In this document: in pieces, positions 39,773 to 49,156 of the stretch | How the letters are laid out: each line of letters begins with the position of its first letter | Numbering within the stretch: position 1 is the first letter of the stretch | Assembly: GCA_964387285.1 (NCBI GenBank) | Contig: CAYLWO010000023.1 | Span: forward strand, 948 to 64,947 | Direction: 5' to 3' | DNA: 64,000 bases | Source: an uncultured Cytophagia bacterium | Lineage (GTDB): Bacteria; Zhuqueibacterota; Zhuqueibacteria; Residuimicrobiales; Residuimicrobiaceae | The notes under the pieces: generated by a model | What the model saw: the letters and a program-made list of their open reading frames with translations, nothing else | The model's database searches: none | Told to the model about the DNA's origin: nothing | Translations under genes and position numbers: made by a program

Positions 39773-40334
39773 TCCACTTTTTATTGCCGCGCTGGAATTG
39801 CAGACTTTTTTCATGCAGAATAGTTGGCCTTTCTGTTTTATCGGCGGCCTGGCTGTGATGCGTTGGGGAGAGATGCGCGTCACCCAGGATGTAGACCTGT
39901 GCCTGCAATGCGGCTTTGGTCGCGAGAATGAGTATATCAAAAACCTGTTAAAAGAATTCAACTCTCGGATTTCCGACGCGGAAAAATTTGCCAAGGCTCA
40001 TCGGGTATTGTTGCTCAAGACAACGAACGAGATCAATGCAGATGTTACCCTTTCGGGTCTCGATTACGAAGTAGAAATGATTCAGAGAGCGACTCTTTTT
40101 CCATATACCGATACCTGTTCTTTGCTCACCTGCTCCGCAGAGGATTTGATCGTGCTAAAGGCTTTTGCCGATCGGCCGCGCGACTGGATGGATGTGGAAA
40201 CTATTATACAAAGACAACAGAAAAAACTGGACCGGAAAGCCATACTAGAGCGGTTACACCCCCTTTGCATCGCCAAAGAACAACCGGATATCTTGAAAAA
40301 ACTGGAACAAATATTTTTATCCATTAACGAGTGA
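39750..40334 (+). CDS. Nucleotidyltransferase-fold (Pol-beta superfamily-like) protein, putative
   Basis: It has a GG...DVD arrangement (FIGGLAV....RVTQDVDLCL) typical of minimal nucleotidyltransferases. The assignment is tentative. Confidence 0.4.
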   Translation: MKADRTTNPLFIAALELQTFFMQNSWPFCFIGGLAVMRWGEMRVTQDVDLCLQCGFGRENEYIKNLLKEFNSRISDAEKFAKAHRVLLLKTTNEINADVTLSGLDYEVEMIQRATLFPYTDTCSLLTCSAEDLIVLKAFADRPRDWMDVETIIQRQQKKLDRKAILERLHPLCIAKEQPDILKKLEQIFLSINE

Positions 40335-40342
40335 GAACTGTT

Positions 40343-41845
40343 ATGCAAGAACCCCACGTAGAAGACCTGAACGAAGTCATGAAAACCCGGCGCGCCAAAC
40401 TGGACAAGCTGGCCGAGATGAATATCAATCCCTTTTCCTATCGCTTTAGCCGCACCCACCAGGCCCGCGAGGTGCTGGCCAAACATGCCGAGTTGGAAAA
40501 CCAGACCCTGCGCCTGGCCGGACGCATCATGGCGGTGCGTCGCATGGGCAAGGCGGCATTCGCGCATATCATGGATCTCAGCGACCGCATTCAAATTTAT
40601 GTGCGTCTCGATCAGGTGGGCGAACAGGCTTACGAGCTGTTTAAATTATTCGACATCGGCGACATCATCGGCGTGCAGGGCACGGTGTTTGTCACTCATA
40701 CCAACGAAATCAGTATTCTGGCCACCCATGTCGAACTGTTAAGCAAAAACCTGCGACCGCTGCCGGTGGTAAAAGAAAAAGTCGAGGACGGCAAAGTGAC
40801 CTCCTATGACGCCTTTGCCGACACCGAGATGCGCTATCGCCAACGCTATGTCGATCTCATCGTCAATCGCCCGGTGCGCGACGTATTCATCAAACGCTCG
40901 AAAATCATCAGCGCCATGCGTCAGTATCTGGACAGCCGCGGCTACCTGGAGGTCGAGACGCCGGTATTGCAGCCGCTCTACGGCGGCGCCGCAGCCCGTC
41001 CCTTTACCACGCATCATAACACTTTGGACATGACGCTCTATCTGCGCATTGCCGACGAGCTTTATCTCAAACGGCTTATTGTCGGCGGTTATGAAGGAGT
41101 GTATGAAATCAGCAAAGATTTCCGTAACGAAGGGATCGACCGTACGCACAATCCCGAATTCACCATGATGGAACTGTACATCGCCTATGAAGATTATCAG
41201 TTCATGATGAATCTGGTGGAAGAGATGGTCATTAGCATCGCCACCCAGGTACATGGTTCGGCCAAGGTGCACTATCAGGGTCAGGAGATCGATTTTACCG
41301 CGCCCTGGCCGCGCATCAGCTTTTTCGACGCCATCAAAAAACATACGGGCCACGACCTGGCCGGCAAAAGCAATGCCGAGTTGCTGCAGATCGCCAAGGG
41401 TTTGCATTGCGAAGTGGAAGAGGGCATGAGCAGCAGCAAAATTCTCGACGAGATCATGAAAGAAAAAGTCGAACCCCATTTCGTGCAACCGACCTTTTTA
41501 TGCGATTATCCGGTCGAGCTGTCGCCCCTGGCGAAAAAACATCGCAGCATGCCCGGCCTGGTGGAACGCTTTGAATGTTTTGTCGCAGGACGCGAAATCG
41601 CCAATGCGTTTTCCGAGCTCAACGATCCCATCGATCAACGCAAACGCTTTGAAGCGCAGATGGACATGCGCGCGGCCGGAGACGAAGAAGCGCAAATGCT
41701 CGATGAAGATTTTCTGCGCGCTCTGGAATACGGCATGCCGCCCACCACAGGTCTGGGCATGGGCATCGATCGCCTGACCATGCTGCTGACCGATGCGGCT
41801 TCCATTCGCGACGTTATCTTTTTTCCCACCATGCGGCCGGAATAA
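40343..41845 (+). CDS. lysS: Lysine--tRNA ligase (class II)
   Basis: It has an OB-fold anticodon-binding N-terminus and class II motifs (FRNEG; GLGMGIDRL). The ATG at 40343 is the more likely start; the ORF track begins at a GTG at 40331. Confidence 0.9.
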   Translation: MQEPHVEDLNEVMKTRRAKLDKLAEMNINPFSYRFSRTHQAREVLAKHAELENQTLRLAGRIMAVRRMGKAAFAHIMDLSDRIQIYVRLDQVGEQAYELFKLFDIGDIIGVQGTVFVTHTNEISILATHVELLSKNLRPLPVVKEKVEDGKVTSYDAFADTEMRYRQRYVDLIVNRPVRDVFIKRSKIISAMRQYLDSRGYLEVETPVLQPLYGGAAARPFTTHHNTLDMTLYLRIADELYLKRLIVGGYEGVYEISKDFRNEGIDRTHNPEFTMMELYIAYEDYQFMMNLVEEMVISIATQVHGSAKVHYQGQEIDFTAPWPRISFFDAIKKHTGHDLAGKSNAELLQIAKGLHCEVEEGMSSSKILDEIMKEKVEPHFVQPTFLCDYPVELSPLAKKHRSMPGLVERFECFVAGREIANAFSELNDPIDQRKRFEAQMDMRAAGDEEAQMLDEDFLRALEYGMPPTTGLGMGIDRLTMLLTDAASIRDVIFFPTMRPE

Positions 41846-41848
41846 CCC

Positions 41849-43084
41849 ATGCGCTACGAGCTCTTTATCGCACTGCGCTACCTGCGCTCGCGCCGTAAAA
41901 CCGGATTCATTTCGGTGATCACCTATATTTCTGTGATCGGCATCGTCATCGGCGTGGCTGCGCTGATCATCGTTCTTTCGGTGATGAACGGATTGGAAAA
42001 AGAGGTGCGCTCCCGTTTTCTCGGCGTGGACAGCCATCTGAAAATAGTGCGTAAAGACCGTGAACCCATGACGGATTATGCGACCGTCATCAAACAGGTG
42101 CAAACCATCAACCATGTCGTGGCGGTCACGCCGTACGTCGAAGGCAAAGGGTTGGCAAAATCCCGGGAACAACAGACCGGCGTCCTGTTGCGCGGCATTT
42201 TACCGGAAACTGCCACCCAGGTCACGGACATCGCTAAAAACATCAACTATGGTCAACTGGAATTGGGCGCCACCAAGGTCGAAGGCGAAGCGGATCTGCC
42301 GGGCATTGTGTTGGGTTTTAATCTGGCGGACCGCCTGATGACCACGGTCGGCGACAAGGTGGCCATTGCCGGATTTGAAGGCCTTTTCCATTTCGGCCAA
42401 ATGCCGCAGCTGATGCAGTTTCGCATCACCGGCTATTTTGAAACCGGTTTGTTCGAGTATGATGACGCTTATGCCTATATTTCATTGGCTTCAGCGCAAA
42501 GGTTGTGTAAAACCGGCCTGGCGGTCACCGGTATTGAAATGCGGCTGGACGATTATGAAAAAGCGGATCGCGTGGCTCTGGACATCCGGGAAAAACTATC
42601 GGCTGAATATGAACCAGTAACCTGGAGAAACCTGAATCCCAATCTCTTTGCCTGGATGCAGATCGAAAAATGGGCGGCGTTCATCATTCTCTGTCTCATT
42701 ATCACGGTTGCGGCTTTTAATATTCTCTCCACGCTCATCATGGTTACCATGGAAAAAACCAAAGAGATCGGCATCCTGCGCTCCATGGGCGCTTCGCAAA
42801 CCAACATCCGCAAAATATTTACCTTTCAGGGCGCGCTGGTCGGAGTGCTAGGAACCATACTGGGCAACCTCATCGGTTTTACCTTTTGCCGGCTGCAGCA
42901 AAGCTATAAATTTTTCAGCCTGCCTTCCGACATTTATATCATTAACTGGCTGCCGGTGGATATGGCGGCCATGGATTTTATTTTGATCACAGCAGCCGCT
43001 CTGGTGATCACATTTATCGCTGCGGTGTTGCCGGCACATCGGGCCGCTGGTCTGGATCCGGTGGCAGCGTTGCGCTGGGAATAG
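41849..43084 (+). CDS. lolC: Lipoprotein-releasing system transmembrane subunit (LolC/LolE family, FtsX-type)
   Basis: Its N-terminus (YELFIALRYLRSRRK) and MacB-like periplasmic domain are typical of the family, and it has 4 transmembrane helices. Confidence 0.8.
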   Translation: MRYELFIALRYLRSRRKTGFISVITYISVIGIVIGVAALIIVLSVMNGLEKEVRSRFLGVDSHLKIVRKDREPMTDYATVIKQVQTINHVVAVTPYVEGKGLAKSREQQTGVLLRGILPETATQVTDIAKNINYGQLELGATKVEGEADLPGIVLGFNLADRLMTTVGDKVAIAGFEGLFHFGQMPQLMQFRITGYFETGLFEYDDAYAYISLASAQRLCKTGLAVTGIEMRLDDYEKADRVALDIREKLSAEYEPVTWRNLNPNLFAWMQIEKWAAFIILCLIITVAAFNILSTLIMVTMEKTKEIGILRSMGASQTNIRKIFTFQGALVGVLGTILGNLIGFTFCRLQQSYKFFSLPSDIYIINWLPVDMAAMDFILITAAALVITFIAAVLPAHRAAGLDPVAALRWE

Positions 43085-43149
43085 GATATTAAATTTTTTC
43101 GGTTTGTTTGTTTAATACTTTTGGCAATAAAAAAGAAACCACAGAGAGC

Positions 43150-43298
43150 TCAAAGGCATCACAAAGGACACAAAGAAAAAATTTTCGATTTTTATGTGTA
43201 CTGTGTACTGTGAATTTTATGCATTTGTCTACTTTGCGTCCTCTGTGAACACTTTGTGATCTTTGTGGTCATCAATGTTCTACAAAGAACACCAAGTG
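43150..43298. promoter_or_regulatory. Cluster of CACAAAG/CTTTGTG heptamer repeats and a TGTGTAC tandem in the lolC-lolE intergenic region
   Basis: Forward copies lie at ~43150, 43160, 43169 and 43282. Inverted copies lie at 43253-43268. The tandem TGTGTACTGTGTACTGTG lies at 43195-43212. Confidence 0.4.
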
Positions 43299-43387
43299 AA
43301 AAAAGTAATCCAAATATATTCGGCATTTGTTCTACCGTTATGTCCTTTATTGGGAAATTAGATTATTAAAAGCAAGACCTACACCTT

Positions 43388-44602
43388 ATGCCCTTTGAAC
43401 TCTACATAGCCTGGCGCCATTTGCGCTCGCATCGACAATCCGGACTGTTATCGGTCATCACCTGGATCGCCATTGCCGGCGTGATCATCGGCGTGGCCGC
43501 ACTGGTTATCGTGCTGTCGGTGATGAACGGCTATGAATCCGAAGTCCGCTCCCGTTTCATGGCCATGGGCAGCCATGTAAAAGTCAAAACCTTTCATAAT
43601 CAGGGTTTCAGCGACGTTGCCACCGTGGTTAAAACCCTCCAGACCTTGCCGCAGGTTCTGCATTACACGCCTTACATCGACGGACAGGGCATCATCAAAC
43701 ATAAAAAGAACACCATCGGCATGCTGGTTCAGGGCATTGATCCGGCCACAGCCGGACAGGTGGTGGATATTCCGGCGGCCATCATCAAAGGCAACTATCT
43801 GGCCGGCGGCCGGCAATCCGGAATCCTGTTGGGGATTTTTCTGGCGGAAAAATTGCACGTGCAACCCAACGATACGGTCCTGGTGGCCAGTTACATGGGC
43901 AACACCTCTTTGACGCAAATGCCGCAGATGATGAAATTTGTCGTCAACGGGATTTTTCAAACCGGATTGTACAATCTCGACGACAATCTTTCTTATATTG
44001 ATCTGGCGGACGCGCAAAAACTGTTTCTCATGGGCAAAAAAATCAACGGTCTTGAATTGCGTCTTGACGATTATCAGCAATCTGAAACCGTGGCCGCAGA
44101 GATCCGCAAACGTCTGGGTTATCCCTATCATGCCAACACCTGGTTGGATATGAATCCCAATCTTTTCATCTGGATGAAAATGCAGAAATGGACCGCTTTT
44201 ATCGTTCTGAGTCTGATCATCCTGGTGGCTGCGTTCAACATCATCAGCATTCTGATCATGATCGTTATGGAAAAAAAAGCGCACATCGGCGTGCTGAAAT
44301 CTTTGGGCGCTTCATCACGGCAAATTCGGCAAATATTCACTTTTGAAGGCATATTTATAGGTGTGTTCGGCGCTCTGGCCGGCAGTCTCATCGGCTACGG
44401 CCTGTGCTGGTCGCAGCTGCAGTTTAAATGGCTGTCCCTGCCGCCGGACGTTTACATCATATCCTGGTTGCCGGTGCTGATGCGCGTCACTGATTTCTGC
44501 ATCATCTCGTTGATCACCATAATTCTGGCCTGGCTGGCTTCGGTGTATCCGGCCATGCGTGCGTCTCGTTTACATCCTGTGGAAGCACTGAGAAATGAAT
44601 AA
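43388..44602 (+). CDS. lolE: Lipoprotein-releasing system transmembrane subunit (second LolC/E paralog)
   Basis: Its N-terminus (FELYIAWRHLRSHRQ) is typical of the family. It overlaps the lolD start. Confidence 0.8.
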   Translation: MPFELYIAWRHLRSHRQSGLLSVITWIAIAGVIIGVAALVIVLSVMNGYESEVRSRFMAMGSHVKVKTFHNQGFSDVATVVKTLQTLPQVLHYTPYIDGQGIIKHKKNTIGMLVQGIDPATAGQVVDIPAAIIKGNYLAGGRQSGILLGIFLAEKLHVQPNDTVLVASYMGNTSLTQMPQMMKFVVNGIFQTGLYNLDDNLSYIDLADAQKLFLMGKKINGLELRLDDYQQSETVAAEIRKRLGYPYHANTWLDMNPNLFIWMKMQKWTAFIVLSLIILVAAFNIISILIMIVMEKKAHIGVLKSLGASSRQIRQIFTFEGIFIGVFGALAGSLIGYGLCWSQLQFKWLSLPPDVYIISWLPVLMRVTDFCIISLITIILAWLASVYPAMRASRLHPVEALRNE

Positions 44603-45290
44603 CTGTTGGTTAAATACTTTTGATCTGCATAAATGGTATCGCACCGGCAAGGACTCTCAATTGCATGTGCTCAAAGGCATCACCCTGAGTGTGGCGACCG
44701 GTGAAATTGTCGCCGTGGTCGGGCCATCCGGCGTAGGTAAAAGCACGTTGTTGCATCTTATCGGCACTTTGGATCGGCCCAGCCGCGGCCGTATCGAGTT
44801 TGCAGGCCGGGATATTTCCCAATTTTCCGAAATGCAGTTGGCGCCGTTTCGCAACAAGACCATCGGTTTTGTTTATCAATTCCACCATTTGCTGCCGGAA
44901 TTCACCGCTCTGGAAAATGTTATGATGCCCGGACTCATCGCCGGCGAAAGCGGCAAGGCATTACAGACCCGCAGCCTCATGCTGCTGGATCGGGTGAATC
45001 TGCAAGCGCGCGCTCATCATCGTCCCAATGAACTTTCCGGCGGTGAACAACAACGCGTGGCTGTGGCGCGGGCCTTGATCAATAACCCCAAACTTTTGTT
45101 GGCGGATGAACCGTCAGGCAATCTGGATATGGCTTCCGGGGAACAATTGCACCAGCTTTTATGGGAACTGTGCCGCAGCAACGGCAATACGCTGATCATC
45201 GTCACCCACAACCGGGAATTGGCCGAACGAGCCGACCGCATTGTTGAATTGTATGATGGCGGAGTAAAGTACGACAGACGTAATCATTAA
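44595..45290 (+). CDS. lolD: Lipoprotein-releasing system ATP-binding protein
   Basis: It has a Walker A (GPSGVGKST), the ABC signature LSGGEQQRVAVARAL and a Walker B (LLLADEPSGNLD). Confidence 0.85.
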   Translation: MNNCWLNTFDLHKWYRTGKDSQLHVLKGITLSVATGEIVAVVGPSGVGKSTLLHLIGTLDRPSRGRIEFAGRDISQFSEMQLAPFRNKTIGFVYQFHHLLPEFTALENVMMPGLIAGESGKALQTRSLMLLDRVNLQARAHHRPNELSGGEQQRVAVARALINNPKLLLADEPSGNLDMASGEQLHQLLWELCRSNGNTLIIVTHNRELAERADRIVELYDGGVKYDRRNH

Positions 45291-45297
45291 TCTTGCT

Positions 45298-45325
45298 ATA
45301 AACCGGCAATTGGTTTATATTATGG
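45298..45325 (+). terminator. Hairpin plus U-rich tail after lolD
   Basis: ATAAACC-GGCAATT-GGTTTAT is followed by ATTATGG. The GC content is weak. Confidence 0.3.
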
Positions 45326-45547
45326 CATGATATTTGTGGATTTATTATTGATCGAACAAGTTCCGCTGACCACTTGATCACATTAATCCATAAATAACAA
45401 AAATTTATAGAAAAAGAACCTGTTGAAAAAAAATAAAGGAGCGTCAAACTTTACGGACAACCTGTAAGAAAATTAAAGAGCAAGGTTGATCTGTTGCCAA
45501 ACAAATTGGTAAATGTCTTCCTATGAATTCCCACTTTGGAGCTTTCT

Positions 45548-48037
45548 ATGAAAAACAATTTCTCAAGTCGCGTTCAAATGGTAATACAATTTGCTCGTGA
45601 TGAAGCGTTGCGACTGGGACATGACTATATCGGCACCGAGCATTTATTGCTCGGGCTCATTCGCGAAGGCGAAGGCATCGCCATTGAAATTCTCCACGCC
45701 CTCGGTTGTGATTTGGAGGAGGTAAAAACTGCGGTTGAAGACGCCGGACGCGTTTCCGGCGACACCATGACCATCGGCAACATTCCCTTTACCAAACGTG
45801 CGGAAAAAATATTAAAAAGCGCCTATGTAGAGGCGGATCGTCATAAATCCGACATCATCGGCACCGAGCATTTATTGCTGGCCCTGGTTAAAGAGAAAGA
45901 GGGCCTGGCTGCACAAATTTTAAAAAGCTTCGGCGTCACCTATGAAGCGGTTTCAGAAGAGTTGGAACGGGTCATGCAGGGCGCTGCGCAAAATCAGGTC
46001 AATCAGGAAGCACAGCAAAAATCACAAACGCCGGCGTTGGATCATTTCGGCCGCGATCTTACCGAGATGGGGCGTCGCGGCGAATTGGATCCCATCATCG
46101 GTCGTGAAAAAGAGATACAACGCGTGGCGCAGATTCTGAGTCGACGCAAGAAGAACAATCCGGTGCTGATCGGCGAACCCGGCGTCGGCAAGACGGCCAT
46201 TGCCGAAGGACTGGCGTTGCGCATCATCGAGAAAAAAGTGCCGCGCATTCTGCATCACAAACGCGTGGTGACGCTGGATCTGGGCGCCATCGTGGCCGGC
46301 ACCAAATATCGCGGTCAATTCGAAGAGCGCATGAAAGCCATCATGAACGAACTGATGCGCACGCGCGACGTCATTTTGTTCATCGATGAAATGCACACCA
46401 TCGTCGGCGCCGGCGGCGCCTCCGGTTCGCTGGACGCTTCCAATATGTTTAAACCCGCACTGTCCCGTGGCGAACTGCAGTGCATCGGCGCCACCACCCT
46501 GGATGAATATCGGCAGTACATCGAAAAAGACGGCGCACTGGAACGGCGCTTTCAGAAGGTGATGGTGGATCCCCCCACCACTGAGGAAACTTTTGAAATC
46601 ATCAAGGGATTGCGCCAGCGCTATGAAAGTCACCATCGCGTAAAATACACCGACGAGGCGATTCGCGAAATCGTCAAACTTTCCGATCGCTACATCACCG
46701 ACCGTTATCAACCGGACAAAGCCATCGATCTGATGGATGAAGCCGGCGCGCGCGTGCATCTGGCCAATATCGTCGTGCCGCGTGAAATCACGGAACTGGA
46801 AGAGCAGATCAAACGCATTCGCACGGAAAAAGACACGGTGGTGCGTTCGCAGAATTTTGAAAAAGCCGCGGTGTTGCGCGATCGTGAAAAAAATCTGTTG
46901 CGCGAACTGGACGACACCAAAAGGCGATGGAACGAAGATCAGGAGGCGGCCTTTGCCCAGGTCACGGAACAGAATGTTTCTGAAGTCGTAGCCATGATGA
47001 CCGGCATTCCCGTGAGCCGGGTTGCGCAAACCGAATCGGATCGGCTGCTGAATATGACTCAGGTTCTAAAAGAACGGATTGTCGGCCAGGATGTGGTCAT
47101 CGACGTGCTGACGCAAGCCATTCGTCGCACGCGCGCCGGTTTAAAAGATCCCAATCGGCCCATCGGTTCGTTTATTTTTCTCGGTCCCACCGGCGTGGGC
47201 AAAACCCAACTGGCGAAAGAACTGGCCAAGTATCTTTTTGAAACCGAGGACGCCCTGATTCGCATCGACATGTCCGAGTATATGGAAAAATTCGCCGTCT
47301 CCCGCCTCACCGGTGCGCCTCCGGGTTATGTGGGTTACGAGGAAGGCGGACAGTTGACCGAAAAGGTGCGGCGTCATCCTTATGCCGTGGTGTTGTTCGA
47401 TGAAATTGAAAAAGCGCATCCGGATGTGTTCAACATTCTGCTGCAGATTCTCGACGAAGGTCATGTCACCGACGGCCTGGGCCGCAAGATCGATTTCAAA
47501 AACACCGTGCTGATCATGACCAGCAACATCGGCGCGCGCGAAATCAGCAAAAGCGGCGGTTCCTTCGGTTTTGCCAAATCCGATGCCCAGTCCGATTACA
47601 ACGCCATGCGCGAAAAACTGATTGAAGAAGTGCGCAAGCTGTTCAATCCCGAATTCATCAACCGCGTGGACGATATTGTCGTGTTCCGGCAATTGGATCG
47701 CGATGACATGCTGAAAATCATCGACATCGTCATCGACGACATGCTCTCCAAAGTGTCGGACCGCAACATCAAAATCGATCTGTCCAAAGGCGCCAAAGAG
47801 TTTCTGGCTGATCTGGGTTTTGATCCGCAGTACGGCGCCCGGCCGTTAAAGCGCACCATTCAAAAATACGTGGAAAATCCCATTGCCGAGGATATTTTAA
47901 AAGGCCGGTTCGGCGACAACTGCGCCATACGCGTGCGTAAAAAAGGCGGCAACCTGGAACTGGTGAGCGGCGCCGAAGCTTCCGGCGAGCCGGACAGCGA
48001 CGACGCCGGCAAGCCGCAGCCGGTGGAAAACGAATAA
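45548..48037 (+). CDS. clpC: ATP-dependent Clp protease ATP-binding subunit ClpC (two Clp_N repeats, two AAA+ modules)
   Basis: It has Clp_N repeats, two Walker A motifs (GEPGVGKT and GPTGVGKT), a UVR-like middle region and a C-terminal D2-small domain. The ATG at 45548 is preferred; the ORF track begins at a TTG at 45536. Confidence 0.9.
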   Translation: MKNNFSSRVQMVIQFARDEALRLGHDYIGTEHLLLGLIREGEGIAIEILHALGCDLEEVKTAVEDAGRVSGDTMTIGNIPFTKRAEKILKSAYVEADRHKSDIIGTEHLLLALVKEKEGLAAQILKSFGVTYEAVSEELERVMQGAAQNQVNQEAQQKSQTPALDHFGRDLTEMGRRGELDPIIGREKEIQRVAQILSRRKKNNPVLIGEPGVGKTAIAEGLALRIIEKKVPRILHHKRVVTLDLGAIVAGTKYRGQFEERMKAIMNELMRTRDVILFIDEMHTIVGAGGASGSLDASNMFKPALSRGELQCIGATTLDEYRQYIEKDGALERRFQKVMVDPPTTEETFEIIKGLRQRYESHHRVKYTDEAIREIVKLSDRYITDRYQPDKAIDLMDEAGARVHLANIVVPREITELEEQIKRIRTEKDTVVRSQNFEKAAVLRDREKNLLRELDDTKRRWNEDQEAAFAQVTEQNVSEVVAMMTGIPVSRVAQTESDRLLNMTQVLKERIVGQDVVIDVLTQAIRRTRAGLKDPNRPIGSFIFLGPTGVGKTQLAKELAKYLFETEDALIRIDMSEYMEKFAVSRLTGAPPGYVGYEEGGQLTEKVRRHPYAVVLFDEIEKAHPDVFNILLQILDEGHVTDGLGRKIDFKNTVLIMTSNIGAREISKSGGSFGFAKSDAQSDYNAMREKLIEEVRKLFNPEFINRVDDIVVFRQLDRDDMLKIIDIVIDDMLSKVSDRNIKIDLSKGAKEFLADLGFDPQYGARPLKRTIQKYVENPIAEDILKGRFGDNCAIRVRKKGGNLELVSGAEASGEPDSDDAGKPQPVENE

Positions 48038-48056
48038 ATTCTTTCAATCAAAAAAA

Positions 48057-48080
48057 AGCCTCCAAAGGAGGCTTTTTTTA
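48057..48080. terminator. Bidirectional Rho-independent terminator between clpC and the convergent PorV-like gene
   Basis: AGCCTCC-aaa-GGAGGCT is flanked by an A-run on one side and a T-run on the other. Additional GC hairpins lie at 48100-48145. Confidence 0.75.
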
Positions 48081-48153
48081 TTTTTCAACGCACTGATCGC
48101 CCGGCAGACATCTGCCGGGCGTCAACCGGCGCGGGATATTCGTCCCGCAATTA

Positions 48154-49143
48154 TTAAAACTTTAACCCCACACTGATTCGGCTGACCGCATCAAAATATT
48201 CCATTTCACCGTATGAATAACCCACATCCAGTTTAACGCCGCCCAGTTCCTTCTGCAGACCGACGCCGGCGCATAAACCTTCATTGTCATAATTGAATTT
48301 GTAGCCGCCGCGCACCGAGATCATCTCCATCAGCGTATATTCAGCGCCCAAATGGATGCGTTCCGTATAATCGCGCGGATGCAAGGCATCGACAGCCACC
48401 ACCAGCGTATTTTTGTGCTCGCCCATAAAGTCCAGCACATCCATGGCAAAGCCGAGGGTGAAGGTCAAGGGCAATTCAAACCCTTCCTGCACATACTTGA
48501 ATTCCGGCGAGAAATTGCGGATCGACATGCCCAGGCGAAAGCTCTTAAAGCCCGGATAAAAAATGGTGCCGAGATCAAAAGCCAGACCGGAAACCTCGTT
48601 TTGCGAGGTGGCGCCGTCGGGCAACAGGTTTGCGCCCAGTTTCTGGTATGCCCATTTCACCTGACCGCCGATGCTGAATTTGTCGGTCAAACCCTTGGCG
48701 TAGGAAAGGCCGATGGCATAGGCGCCGACATCCAGGTTGCCGGTTTCCACATAACCCTGGGTGCTGCTGCCGTCATAGCGGGTGCCGATAATATCATCGC
48801 CGTAATCAGAACCCAGATAGGAAAGACCGACCGTACCCCAATTGCCCAGATTGTAGGCGGCGCCGACGCCGATGTAAGAGATATCGGCTATCCACTGCGT
48901 TTGCGAGGTAAAGATGTGCACCTTGTTCTGCATTTTGGCCATACCGGCCGGATTGTAAAACATGGCGGTGGCGTCGTCATTAACCATGATATAAGCGCCG
49001 CCCATGGCAGCCGCTCGCGGGCTCATGTCAATTTTCAAGAATTGCAAACCCGTCTGCGCCACCTTTTTCACGACCGCATAGCCGGGCGTCATCAGCAACA
49101 CCACGGCCAGGCACGCGATAAAAAGTATTTTCCATTTATTCAT
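48154..49143 (-). CDS. PorV/PorQ-family outer-membrane beta-barrel protein (type IX secretion-associated)
   Basis: It has a signal peptide and an N-terminal motif (FLKIDMSPRAAAMGGAY...NPAG) recalled as characteristic of PorV-like barrels. Confidence 0.55.
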   Translation of the reverse strand: MNKWKILFIACLAVVLLMTPGYAVVKKVAQTGLQFLKIDMSPRAAAMGGAYIMVNDDATAMFYNPAGMAKMQNKVHIFTSQTQWIADISYIGVGAAYNLGNWGTVGLSYLGSDYGDDIIGTRYDGSSTQGYVETGNLDVGAYAIGLSYAKGLTDKFSIGGQVKWAYQKLGANLLPDGATSQNEVSGLAFDLGTIFYPGFKSFRLGMSIRNFSPEFKYVQEGFELPLTFTLGFAMDVLDFMGEHKNTLVVAVDALHPRDYTERIHLGAEYTLMEMISVRGGYKFNYDNEGLCAGVGLQKELGGVKLDVGYSYGEMEYFDAVSRISVGLKF

Positions 49144-49156
49144 ATGTGTGCTCCTT

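Noticed and set aside
45291-45547. A possible CtsR-type heptad operator (GTCAAA...GGACAA) upstream of clpC
   Set aside because: The spacing and second heptad do not fit GGTCAAA-NAN-GGTCAAA, and CtsR is not expected in this lineage.
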